NCBI RefSeq assembly: GCF_009914755.1
Contig: NC_060940.1
Length of the DNA stretch: 64,000 nt
Strand: one strand, 5' to 3'
Origin: the human T2T-CHM13v2.0 reference genome, Homo sapiens
In this document: piece after piece, positions 46,978 through 58,741 of the stretch
Layout: each line of letters starts with the position of its first letter
Position numbering within the stretch: position 1 is the first letter of the stretch
The notes under the pieces: model-generated
Databases searched by the model: none
Told to the model about the DNA's origin: nothing
What the model saw: the letters and a program-made list of their open reading frames with translations, nothing else
Position numbers and translations under genes: made by a program

Positions 46978-47489
46978 TGAGCATTTTCCAGAAAGGAGAG
47001 TGGCCTTTCAGAGGCCCCAAACGGTTTGAACCTGTTCATAAAAGGCGGGAGCATACAGGCCTGGGTGTCCCCTTCCTGTTATGCACTGGGGCACAAGCTC
47101 TGCTGTGACACATCCAGCGCTGTGCCCAAGCTCAGCACAAGCCACCCAGGTGTGTGGGTGCAGCCCAAGCTCCTTGCAGGTGAGGGCAGGTTGGGAAGTG
47201 TCCACGAGGCTGGGCCAGCAGCTGAGTTTGGGCAGAGGTTGTTCTGTGCTCTGGTCACACGTACAGGCTGCAGCCGGCTGCCCGCCCCCGATAGTGGGGG
47301 TGGGGTGGGGTGGGGTGGGATGGAAGCTCAGGCCTCGTTTACCTGCTGACCTGAGGTTGTCAAATGGTTTGCATGGTGGAGAGGCAGGTACACTCCGTGT
47401 CAGGCCTGGAGGCTCCTTGTCAGTGGCCACCGCTTTCTCTTGTTTCTTTTCTATGTTCTCTCTGGTTTAACCACCTGCGACGTTCCAAG

Positions 47490-48086
47490 GCAGCTTCTAA
47501 GATCACCTTCACTTCTGACACACCTGCCCAGCTCAGGGGGCCCCAGGACAGCGCTCAGTTTCAGTAATTTGTTAGAAGAACCGCAGAACTGGCAGCCGAA
47601 AGCTGCACTCACAGTTATAGTTTATTACAGATGCAGGTTTAAGTCAGCCAAGGGGAGGGACCCATGGGGTGAGCCCAGGAGGGTTCCCAGCACAGAGCTT
47701 CGAGCTGTCCCTCTCCGTGGAGTCCTGGACAGTGTTAACTCCTCATGACAACAGCGTGTGATGGCACACACAGAGCATTGCCAACCAGGGACGCTCCGCC
47801 AGCCTCGGTGTCCAGAGTCTTTGCTGGGCCTTGGTCACGTGGGCACGGCTGACACCATGTGACTGACCTTAACCTCCAGCACCTCCGCACGTCAAGCTGA
47901 TGCCCTGTGGTTCAAGGCCCCACCATGAATCTTATCATTAGCATAGGCTGTTCAGGGTGGCTAAGCCCTCAGGTAAACAAAGACACTCTCATCAGGCGGG
48001 ACTCTTCAAGGGCCTAGAGGTGACCGCCCCAGGAGCCGGGGGAAAGGTCAGACTTTCTGTGAGTTCAGTTAATCCTTCACTGTACA
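47490..48086 (-). mobile_element. MER21C-like ERV LTR
   Basis: tttattacag...tcagccaagggga...ttgccaaccaggga.gctc..cggtgtccaga...ttaatccttcactgtaca terminus. Confidence 0.75.
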
Positions 48087-49099
48087 CCAGTACTTGGGAG
48101 TTTGGGAATTTGGATTCAGCTGTGAAGCTGATAGCAGGTTCTAGATCCTCAGGGGCGGGCTTGGTTATTTCCCTCCGGGGGCTGTGCCGGCAGCGTGGAC
48201 AGCTTCCACCAGGCAGGAGGGAGGTCAGGTGCGGTTCTGTGGGCAAAGGAGGGACTTGGTCATGGACTTCAGAAGACTCCGAGTAAGTGTCTGCATTTCG
48301 GTTTCCTTGTATTTCACCTAGAACGCTGAGCTGCTCTTCTCTTTGAATTCCAAAGAGACATCTAAAGGAAGCCCTCAGCTCTGAAGACCACCTAGCTGGA
48401 ATCTCAGAGGGAGAGCTGGGGACAGGAAAGGATGACTACTCCCACCATTCTGTGGACACCGAGTCCAGCCTCCGGGAGGACGCTGAGGGAACCTTTTGGG
48501 ACAGCCAGGGCAGAGAACGCCTTTTACTTCTTAAGGCTCTGGATCAAAACAGAGAAGCTTCTGTTTTGGAGCCTGGCAATCCTCGAACATCAGTGTGCAT
48601 TTTAAGCCATAAAGCGCAATACTGATTACAAACAGGAATACGGAGGGCTTCCTTTAAACTGCTTCAGAAAACAAACTCCTCGGGGACTTCGAAAGGAGCT
48701 CTCACCATAGCTCCTGCAATCCACTCTGAACAGGAAACCTTCTCATCTATTTATTAAAACTGACCCCAGAAAGATTTTCAACAGGGAAGCCTGGCTTTAT
48801 GTTGTGTATAGCCACAAAGAAGAACATATATTTTTAAAACACATTGCCTGGGGAAGGCTCTCGCTCTGTCAGTGGTTCTTGAATTCTGCAAGACAGCTGT
48901 TTCCTTCCTTTCAGTCTGAATCAGAGAGGTTTGCAGCAAAAGCCATTTTGGAGAGACCAGGTCAAGTTCAGCCTTCTCAGATCCAATTTTGCCACTACCA
49001 TGACCCACAGGAGAAATTCCTCCCAGCTTGGGACTGTGCTATCTCGGATGACGTGACAGCGACAAGCCATTTAGAGTGTGACTTGGGGCTTTTCAGAAG

Positions 49100-49760
<661 letters not shown>

Positions 49761-52411
49761 CACGTGGCCCACCCCCCAGATCTGGCCGGGAGCAGCTTCC
49801 ACAGTGCCAGGACCTGTCCACCTCTCCTGCTCTGCAGACGCCATTTGGGGCTAATGATCCATTCTCAGCTGCTGTCTGAGCTGGCATTCAGTGCTGTCGC
49901 GGTGCTGCAGAGCCGAGCGGCAGGCTGAGCCCTGGGTCTGGGCCGGCTGGCGGCCTGGGGTTGGGGTTTCGGGTGAAGGGTGGACGCGGCCAAGAAACAT
50001 CCATTGTGCCCGCAGCAGCTGATGTGGTTACAGCTGGCGAAGTGGCGGGCGCCCCCTTGCCACCCCCTCACGCCCCAGCTCAGGAACAGACATCCCTTCT
50101 TACAAAAAAATAAAAAAGGAGAAGTGGCGGGGTCACGGCTGTGCTTTCCACATGACCTGCCTGGGAACAGAGCGTGTCTTTGTTAATCCAGCGCCTGTCA
50201 GTCGGCCCGAGCCCAGGCATAAGCCCAGGCATAAGCCACTTAGCACGGCCTCACCCCTGTCCCGCCTGGCACTCAGCTAGGGCTAGGGGCACCACGCAGG
50301 CCTGTGCCTCCTGCCAGCTGCCCCCACCACCTGCTCCCGCTGGCGCCCCCACGCCCTGACCCAGCCTGCCTGGGTGGCAGGAGAGGACCCGGGAGGGGTG
50401 CGTGAGGCGTGTAACTGCTGTGGGCCTCACTTTGCACATCTGGAAATGGGAACAGTCGCTGTGGCCACTGCATGGGATGTTTGTGAGGTTCAGCGCCTTA
50501 ATATGTGTGAACCAGCTGGCGATACTGGAGAAACAGTAGCTACTTTATTAAGCTGTCGTTCTCATTAATGTCATTGTCGGCTGCCTTCCTTTCACAGTGG
50601 CTCTGATCAGCGGTTCCTTCCTGTTTTCCTCCCTCCCTCCCCTCCCCTGCCGTGCTCTTCTTCTCTGCCCCTCCCCCCTCCTCCCACCTCCTCCTTCTCC
50701 CCCACCTCTCAGATCCTGTCACCTGCCCACTGCCCTTGGTCCTTGTTGCTTCTCCCTTTGAGCCCCTCTCCCTGCTCCCTGACACCTGGGCATCCTCTCT
50801 CAGCCATCCCAGGCTGGCAGGGAGGGAGGGAGGGAGCAGGAGGGCCCGCTGGGGCCCACCAGGGAGAGATGGAGCCTGATGTGGAAGGGGAGCGCACCCA
50901 GTCAAGGTCCACTTGAGGTGCTCGGAGCAACCTCTGGCCTGCGTCCCCCCCCCACCCACCTCCCCAGCCCAGCCCCTCCCCTCAACACCCACCCGGGGTC
51001 CAGCAAGTGTGGCCAGGTGGGCTGCAAGGCAGTGCACAGCCAAAGCCCTGTGTGTCTGCTCAGGGGCTGGGGATGGAGGGGGGCACCCACAGGCACAGTA
51101 GAGGGGACAGCAGGGCCCCCCGCCGCTCCGCATCCTTCAGCAACCGGCAGGCAGGAGCAGTTTGAGGCTAAATATAAACCCAGCCGCCTTTCCGCGGCCG
51201 TCAGCAATGGCCATGGCTCTGTCAAGAAGGATTATCTCGTCCTCCAGCAGGCAGGGCATCTGACAGCCGTGGAGGACGGCAGAGGGGAGGGCAGCCTGCT
51301 CCGTGGGCTGGTCCCAAATTCCAGAGGCCCATCGGATGCCCCTGGTTCCCAGGGTGCCCCCAGCAGAAGAGCTGAGACTTGAATCCCATGGCACTGATGT
51401 GGGCACAAAGGGGCAGAGCCTAGCCACGGAGAGAGGGTGTGCCATCCTCTCTGCCAGGCAGCGGGCTCCCTGGACAGGGTGGGCGTCGTTAGAGCAGAAA
51501 CGGTGGTGGCAGGACCCAAGACTGTGCAGTTCTAAACCAGCTCTGGTGCAGACAGCCCAGGTCAGCAGCAGCATCGGAGGCAACCTGCCCTCGTGGCACC
51601 ACAAGAGAGCTGCTGGGGACAGGACGTGGGCGGAGCCCTCGGCTGCCTCCCACCGTGGGACATTGGGGAGGGAGGGAGGGAGGGAAGGAGGTGCCGGGGT
51701 GCTCACCTTCCCCGAGGCTTTGTTTCCGGATTCTTCTCTTCCCTCCTTGGGGTACTCCATGGGCTTCTGCTTCGGTGCCCCTGGGGGTCCTTCTCCAGGG
51801 CCCCTTGGGCTGTGTACCTGGGCCTGGTGGCTCTGTCTGTGGCTCTCTTGGGGCCCTGGATACCTCCTGCCTGCTTCATTTCCCAGATGTCTTAGGACCT
51901 GAGGTGGTGCAGGCTCTCCAGGGACATCTGTCCCACCCGCCGATGCCCACATACCACCTTGCAGTCCTGGTGATGGGGACCCACTGTCTGACCTGTGGCC
52001 CCAGCCGCGAGTCCTTCTCACCCCAGACCCCAGCGTCTGTGTTTCATGAGGGTTGTGAAGTCCCTGCCTTCCCGGGTTCCCTCCGCCGGCCCAGCACTGC
52101 CCAGCCCCAGCCCCGCACCACTGTCCTCATGTCTGGAGATGTGGGCGGTGTCCGTGCACACTGCTGGAGCAGCTGGGCCAGCTCGACCTCTGGGACCAGG
52201 GTGGCCCAGGCTGGCTTGGCCTCTCTGCCTTGCACCCCCAGAGCCCTGGGGCAAGAACAGGACGCTCAGACTCTCCTGCTGGCCCCCTCGCCCACCGCTT
52301 CCATCCCCTCCCGTGTGCCCAGCTCAGAGAACATTGCAATCCCTCTGTGGTCTCTCTGATCCTCTTGCGGGGGGGGGGGGGACACACTTACCCCCAAACC
52401 CTAAACACAAC

Positions 52412-52843
52412 TGAGTGCCCTTAGGCTAATGTGACAGTGTGCCACAAATTGGCGGCTTAAAACAGCAGAAACTCACTTTTTCACGGTTCTGCAGGCCAGG
52501 AGTCCACAGTCGAGCTGTTGGCAGGGCCGCCCTCCCTTCCAAGGCTCGGGGACCCGTCCTGCCTCTTCCAGTTCCCATTGGTCCCAGGTGTGCCTTGGCT
52601 CATGGCTGTATTGCCCCGATCTCTGCCTCTCCTTCACGTGGCCTCCTCACTCTTTGTCCCCAAATCTCTCTCTCATTGTAAGGACGCTAGTTAGTGGATT
52701 TAGAGCCCCGTGGATTTGGGTGCATTTAGGCTGGATTTAGAGCATCTTAACTTCCTGACATCTGCAAAGACCCCCTTTCCAGACTGCCACATTCACAGGT
52801 TCCAGCAGGACATGGGTTTTGAGGGGGATGCTATTCACTACAG
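52412..52843 (-). mobile_element. MLT1 (B/C-like) solo LTR
   Basis: ccacaaattggcggcttaaaacagcagaaa...ggcagggcc...acatctgcaaagaccc..ttcc...cacattcacagg. Confidence 0.85.
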
Positions 52844-52974
52844 AAGAAGCAGGGAGGGGGAGGAGGGAGAGGAGGAGAAAGAGAAGGAGGAGAGGAGGAG
52901 GCGGACGAGGAGGAGAAGGAGGGGGAGGAAGGAGAGGAGGAGGAGAGGAGGAGCAGGGCAGGAGGAGGAGGAGG
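52842..52974. repeat. GGA/GAG-rich polypurine low-complexity tract
   Basis: Direct reading. Confidence 0.9.
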
Positions 52975-54080
52975 TCTCGTCCACCCAGGTTGACACTGGC
53001 CTCAGAGGGGAGTAGCTGAAGTGTCCTCTCCCCACACTGTCCAACCCTGTCTAGGCTGGTGGATTTCCTGAATGGCCTCCTGGGCAGGTGTGACGGAAGT
53101 GCTGAGGCCAAGGGGCAGGGGATGAAGCGGGCCTCAGGGCCAGCCGGGTTGCAGGTCCCTGGAGCGGGCAGCCTCCCTGGGAGAGGAGGAGGAGCCACTG
53201 CCCGGCTGATACTCGCCGAGGCCCCAGCTCTGACACTCCAGTGCACACTCAGCCCTGGCCACAGCAGGAGGGAAGCCTGTGGGGCCTCCCAGGGAACCGT
53301 CTCAGAAAGTGAGAGGTGGGGCCCCTGGCCTGCTGGGGTCCCTTGTCCCTCTGACCACAGCTGAGCATTCATGGACCGGGGGCAGCACCTGCGTGGGGTC
53401 AGGGCTCCGAGAGGCTCCTGGTGAGACCTGCCCTGCTTCTCCTTGGGCAGACCCCCTTGTCCTGCGTGTCTTCCTCAAGGTCCTCGAGACACCTGGCTTG
53501 ACCTTGTCCAGCGTGATTCCGTGTTTGGGGAGGGCTGCCCCTGCCCCGAGACCACCCTGGTGGAAGTCTCGGATTGGCTTGTCCCGTTGGGCCAGGGCCA
53601 GGCCATCTCGGCCTCCTCTCTTGCAGACAACAGGCCCCTTTTCCCTTTCATGTTGGCCCCGAGGAAGCCAAGCAGAATATTACCACCCCCCACCCCCCTG
53701 ATCCCCTTCCTGCCCCCTCCCTGCCCTTTGCTGTGAGAGGTTTTCCTGCCCTGCTAGTGCCCCTGGGACAGCTGGAGAGGCCCTAGGCTGGGGGGTGGGG
53801 AAGGAGGATTCTGGAGCCTGCTCAGGCAGGCCCAAAGTCTGGGCGGTCAGAACAGGCTGTGGGGAAGGAAGCCCGCGGAGAGCTGTCCGGGAGCCTCTGG
53901 GCAGCTCATGTGGCCAAGGCCTGGCTTCTGCTCCCCGCCAGCCTGGGCTGAGCTGGCAATGTCCACCCTGGGCTGCGAGACCCTCGTACATGCCCACTGG
54001 GGAGTTGGGAGGCCGGAGGACCCAAGATACATGAACAGCAAATGCATCCTGGGGTGATGTGCTACAGCACTAGTCTGAGC

Positions 54081-54082
<2 letters not shown>

Positions 54083-54116
<34 letters not shown>

Positions 54117-54297
54117 CATAGCCTAGTGTGTGTGTGACACAGCCTAGTGTGTGTATGTGTGTGTGTGTGATACAGCCTAGTGTGTGTATAAGACATAGCC
54201 ATTTGTGTGTGTGTCACAGCTGTTTGTGTGTATAAGACATAGCCATTTGTATGTGTGTGTGACACAGCTCTGTGTGTGTGTGTGTGACACAGCCTAG
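54083..54297. repeat. Compound (TG)n / GACAYAGCC repeat
   Basis: TG runs punctuated by gaca(c/t)agcc(tag/att). Confidence 0.88.
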
Positions 54298-55809
54298 CTC
54301 AGAGAAGGGCTGTCACTTCCCCAGCCTCCCTCCCCTGAGGCAGTGCCTCACAGAGCCCGGGGAGTGAGAAGGAAAGGAAAGGAGGAGGCAGGCATTCTGC
54401 CGGCTAGTGCCACAAAAACCAGCCAGACCCTACACACGTCTCGCCAAAATAGGGGGACGTGAATGCTGCCACCTCCCAGGAGTCCCTTGGAAAGGTCTTG
54501 AGTCTGCGCTGGGTGCCTGTTTTCAGCTTGTGTCTCACGGGTAGAGGTGAAGCATGCAGGATGCCATGTCCCAGCCCAGCATCTGTGTGGGGCTGTGGGA
54601 CAGATGAAGGGATGTGAGGAACAGTGGGGCCTGGTGAGGCTGCAGGGCTTGGAGGTGGCCAGGCTGGTCATCCCACTGTCCCCTACACGTGTGTGCACAC
54701 ATGCATGCACACACATGAGCATGTACACACACACACGTGAGCATGTGCACACACACGAACACACCCACAGGCTCCCTCCTTCCTCGCCCCACTCCTTCCT
54801 GAACACCTGCTCCCCTGGCAGGCTCCCCATGCATGGCGGGCCTGGGTCTCTGGCTTAGAAGCCTGGAGCTCCGCCGTCTCCCCCGCAGCAGGCCCTAGGT
54901 TCCCCAGGCTTGTTTTCTCCTGCTGTTTCTCATCTCCCAGGCAAGGTTCCCTGGGGGCAGGCCCAGGAGAGGTCTCTGTGTCTCATGTATCTTCCAAGGC
55001 CTCTTGGAGAGGAGACACAACCATCCTGGGACCCTCCCAGCTAAGCATTCTGGGCCGTGTGTTGATCAAGTGACAAGCTGGCACGGCCCTGCGTTTGCCA
55101 TTTGCTGACCTCACAGGAACACCCAGGATGCTTAGATGCTTGGGAAGAAAACTGGTTAGTGTTTGCAATCAGGGCCAGCTCAGAAAATCTGCAGCATGTC
55201 CCAGGACAAAGCCAAGGCCCAGTGAAGATCTGTCACTTATTTTAGAAATATTTGGGAGTGCCCCACCCTGCCCGCCCTGGACACAGTGGGCCTTAACATC
55301 TTCCTCTGAGAAGTTCTGAGGGCACCACTGCAGGGTGATCTTTTGACAAGGAAGGAGACAAAGGGGTGGCTGAGGGAGCAGGGGTCGGGGGGAGGCTCAG
55401 CGGGAGGCCACACAGCTCTGTCCCGTCTTCACAGGAGCATTTAGGGCCTGCTCTCCTGCAGTCCGGTCTCACTTGCCCCTCCTGCACGCACATCAGATTG
55501 AAGGACGTTTTGCTTACAAATAGGGTTCAGATGGCAAACAGGCAGGGAACAGGCCGTGGTACCATGGTGGATGGTGATCCTGCAGAGCCCTGGGGGTCAG
55601 GACTGGGGATTGGCCCTGAGAGGGAGCCCGTGCTGAGTGCCTGGGAGCGGGCAGAGCCTGGAGGGCCTCGGGTTGGCTGTTGCCTCCTACAGCAAGTGCT
55701 GGGCTCCCTCGTTCATTCCGTGGGACAGTGATGGGGACAAGAGTAACCAAAACCCAACCCCTGTGTCCTGGGGGAGCCGCCTGCCTGGTGTGTGTAGACT
55801 TGAGACCGT

Positions 55810-55994
55810 GTGTAAGGCAAGAGAGGAGTACGCACCGGTTCCATTTGCATTTCAGATAAACAACGAACACGCTTTTAGTATAAAAGTCTATCCCATGCAG
55901 TATTTGGGATATACTTATACTAAAAACGTATTCGTTGTTCATCCGAAATGAACTGGGCACCCTGTATTCTTATTTGTTGTATTTGGCAACCCTG
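55810..55994. mobile_element. MER53 palindromic MITE
   Basis: tttcagataaacaacgaa..ttttagtata...atttgggatatacttatactaaaa..ttcgttgtt...tggcaaccct. Confidence 0.88.
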
Positions 55995-56314
55995 AGTAGT
56001 GGGGATAAAGGCTTCGGAGCAAACCCAGGTTGGGAAAGGACCAAGCAAGTGTATCCGCTGCATCCCACGCCAGAGCACGGTGAAGCCCTAGTGGGAGGGT
56101 GGGTGAAGGTGGGAGCAGGACCAGGCTGGAGGGGCAGGGCTGGTGCCCATGGTGCCCCTGCTGGGCTTTCCTCTGGCCGCTCCTGCGTCAGCGCTCAGAG
56201 CCATCGAATGTCCCACCCGATGGACGGCAGAGGCCATCTGGCCTGACTGCTGTTTCCAAAGGGCGAAGTGAATTTACCAGAAACCTGATAGCAGCCACGA
56301 GCTCCCTGAGTAAC

Positions 56315-56600
56315 TCGGTGCAGAAGTGCGACACCAGCCACCTATTCCATTTTCAGTTTCCTACTAGCCACGCTTTTAAAAAGGAAAAGCAGGTGAAATT
56401 TATTTTAATATATTCTCTCTAGCCTAATATATTCAAAATATTATCATTTCAACATGTCATCAATATGTTGAATTGTCAGAGAGCGATTCCTTTCTTCCTA
56501 TCAAGTCTTCAGAATCCGGTGTGTCTGCTTATAGCACGTCTCAATCTGCACAGGGCACGTTTCGAGGGCTCCCTAGCCACGTGTGGCCCAGGTGGCCGTA
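56315..56600. mobile_element. MER33-like hAT-Charlie relic
   Basis: aaaagcaggtgaaatt..aaaatattatcatttcaacatgt...tagccacgtgtggc. Confidence 0.8.
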
Positions 56601-56758
56601 AGGGACCAGCCCATCTTGCACCCACACCTCCCAGCCACTGGTCCGGGTGTCCTTTCTCCCCGGTGAAGAGCGCTCCAGCAGGCTTTGATCTGAGGTCTCT
56701 CCCACTGGGGGAGGAGTCACTGAGGTCCACAGGGGTAAGGGGACTGGACTGCCCGTGG

Positions 56759-56772
56759 CCAGTAGGGGGCAG
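56759..56772 (+). promoter_or_regulatory. Candidate CTCF site
   Basis: TGGCCAGTAGGGGGCAGTG (56756-56774), consensus-level match. Confidence 0.6.
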
Positions 56773-57670
56773 TGGAGGTCAGTGCTCTGCCCTCCACGGA
56801 CCAGGCCACCTGCAAGGACAGCAGACGTCCTCACTGGGGGCTGCACATCAGCCAGTGGCCTCTGCAGTAGATCGAGTCCCAACCCCCATGGGGCTCCGCA
56901 GGGGTTACCATCCACAGTGGTGCTGTGGCCTATTTCCTGTGTGTCTTGGGAGCAGACGTCTCCCTGTCAGGATGATGGGGTGTCAGGGGCTGAACCTGGG
57001 CTCAGGGAACCCCGCCCGGCGTGGCTGCAGCCCCTCAGGGCACAGGGTACGGCCTCAAAGAGTGGAAAAACTGAGTGGGCCACAGAGCAGGAGCCCCGGG
57101 AGGGATGCCCTGGCACTTTTGGGGAACCCACCTCTGTTGGGGGTGGGCTGCTGAGCGAGTCTCAGGCCCCGTCCCTGCACTGCTGGGGCCTAAGGCAGAG
57201 GCAGGCACATTGATTCCCTCCCGTAAAAGTCTCTGCTCCATCTTGCCATGTGTCTATTTAACCATGAGCGTTTACTGAGCACCTGTTGTGTGCTGGGCAG
57301 GCACCATGCCTGGCTCTGAAGATCACGTGGGGACAAGACGGGGCCTTTGTCTGGTTGTAGTGACTGTGACATCAGGCACCTCCTTTGGGTGTGGACGGGA
57401 CTAACACTTGCTCCATGTCAGGGCTGCAGGACCTCCTGGCTGTTGACAGCAGGCATGCATCCCTCTGGCTGGTTCATTCCTGTAGAACGTCGATAGCCCT
57501 CCTTCTCCTCTTGGCTCTCTGGTGTGCTGTGCACACCACGCTTCCTACCTCCAGCTCCAGCGGTGCTGCAGACTCATGCCCCCAGGACCAGCCTCAGCCA
57601 GCAGCCCCAGGAAGTGAGGACAACCCCCCTACGAGTCCCAGCCCCTCAGGTGGTATAGCCTAGGCCTGAT

Positions 57671-57899
57671 CTGCACAGCCCCCGTGGTCCGTGGCAGGAC
57701 TGAGCCCTGCTGCCCACAGTGAGTGTTGGTGAGCATCCATGCGCCCTGCACAGCCCCCAAGGTCCCTGGCAAAATTGATCCCCAGTGCCCACGGTCAGCA
57801 CTGGTGGGCATCCATGCGCCCTGCACAGCCCCCGAGGCCCCTGGCAAGATTGAGCCCCGGTGCCCACAGTGAACGCTGGTGAGCATTCATGCACCCTGC
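57671..57899. repeat. 75-bp minisatellite, 3 diverged copies
   Basis: ctgcacagccccc recurs at 57671, 57746 and 57821. Confidence 0.9.
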
Positions 57900-58433
57900 G
57901 CTGGCTCATTCGCTTTCCTGCCGCGCTGCCCACCAGTGTATCCAGCACTCCCCTCCTAAGTGTGGGACCTGAGCTCTGAGCTCAGCTCCTTGCCTCGTCC
58001 GCTTCTGGGAGAGCCCAGACTAAGAGGGAAACTATCGTGTGAATCGTCAGGTGTTTTGGACATCTGCCTCAGCCCGGGGTTCCTGGGGGAGGTGGGGCCT
58101 CAGTTGGTTCTCAAAAGAACTGGGAACATTCTAGAAAGCTGAAAAGAGAGGAATTGGCAAGCCAGTCAGGAAGAATAGCATCTGCAAAGATCTGGCCACA
58201 GGACAAGGCCACGTTTGAACAGGGCAGGGGAGGAGGCCGTCCCATGGTGGTGGGGCAGGGACCTGTGCCCAAGTGGGCAGGAGGCTTCAGATCTGGGGCC
58301 AGGGATGCGGTGCCCACCGCCAGGCCCCTTAAGAGATTCAGTCCTTTCTAAACTTCAAAGGGCATCGCTTTGAAGTTTGGCTGTGTCTGGAAGATGAGTA
58401 ACTCGGTCACTCTGAGCCCCGGTTTCCTTATCC

Positions 58434-58741
<308 letters not shown>

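Noticed and set aside
50209-50237. 12-bp tandem repeat AAGCCCAGGCAT (~2.4 copies)
   Set aside because: Ordinary short slippage duplication
51137-52359. 294-, 199- and 234-aa overlapping ORFs
   Set aside because: GC-driven open frames with no recognisable homology or exon structure
52710-53015. Glu/Arg-rich ORF resembling a protamine or acidic protein
   Set aside because: Translation of an LTR plus the GGA low-complexity tract
57671-57899. Possible CRISPR-like repeat-spacer array
   Set aside because: Units are homologous along their full length with no unique spacers; eukaryotic context with no cas genes
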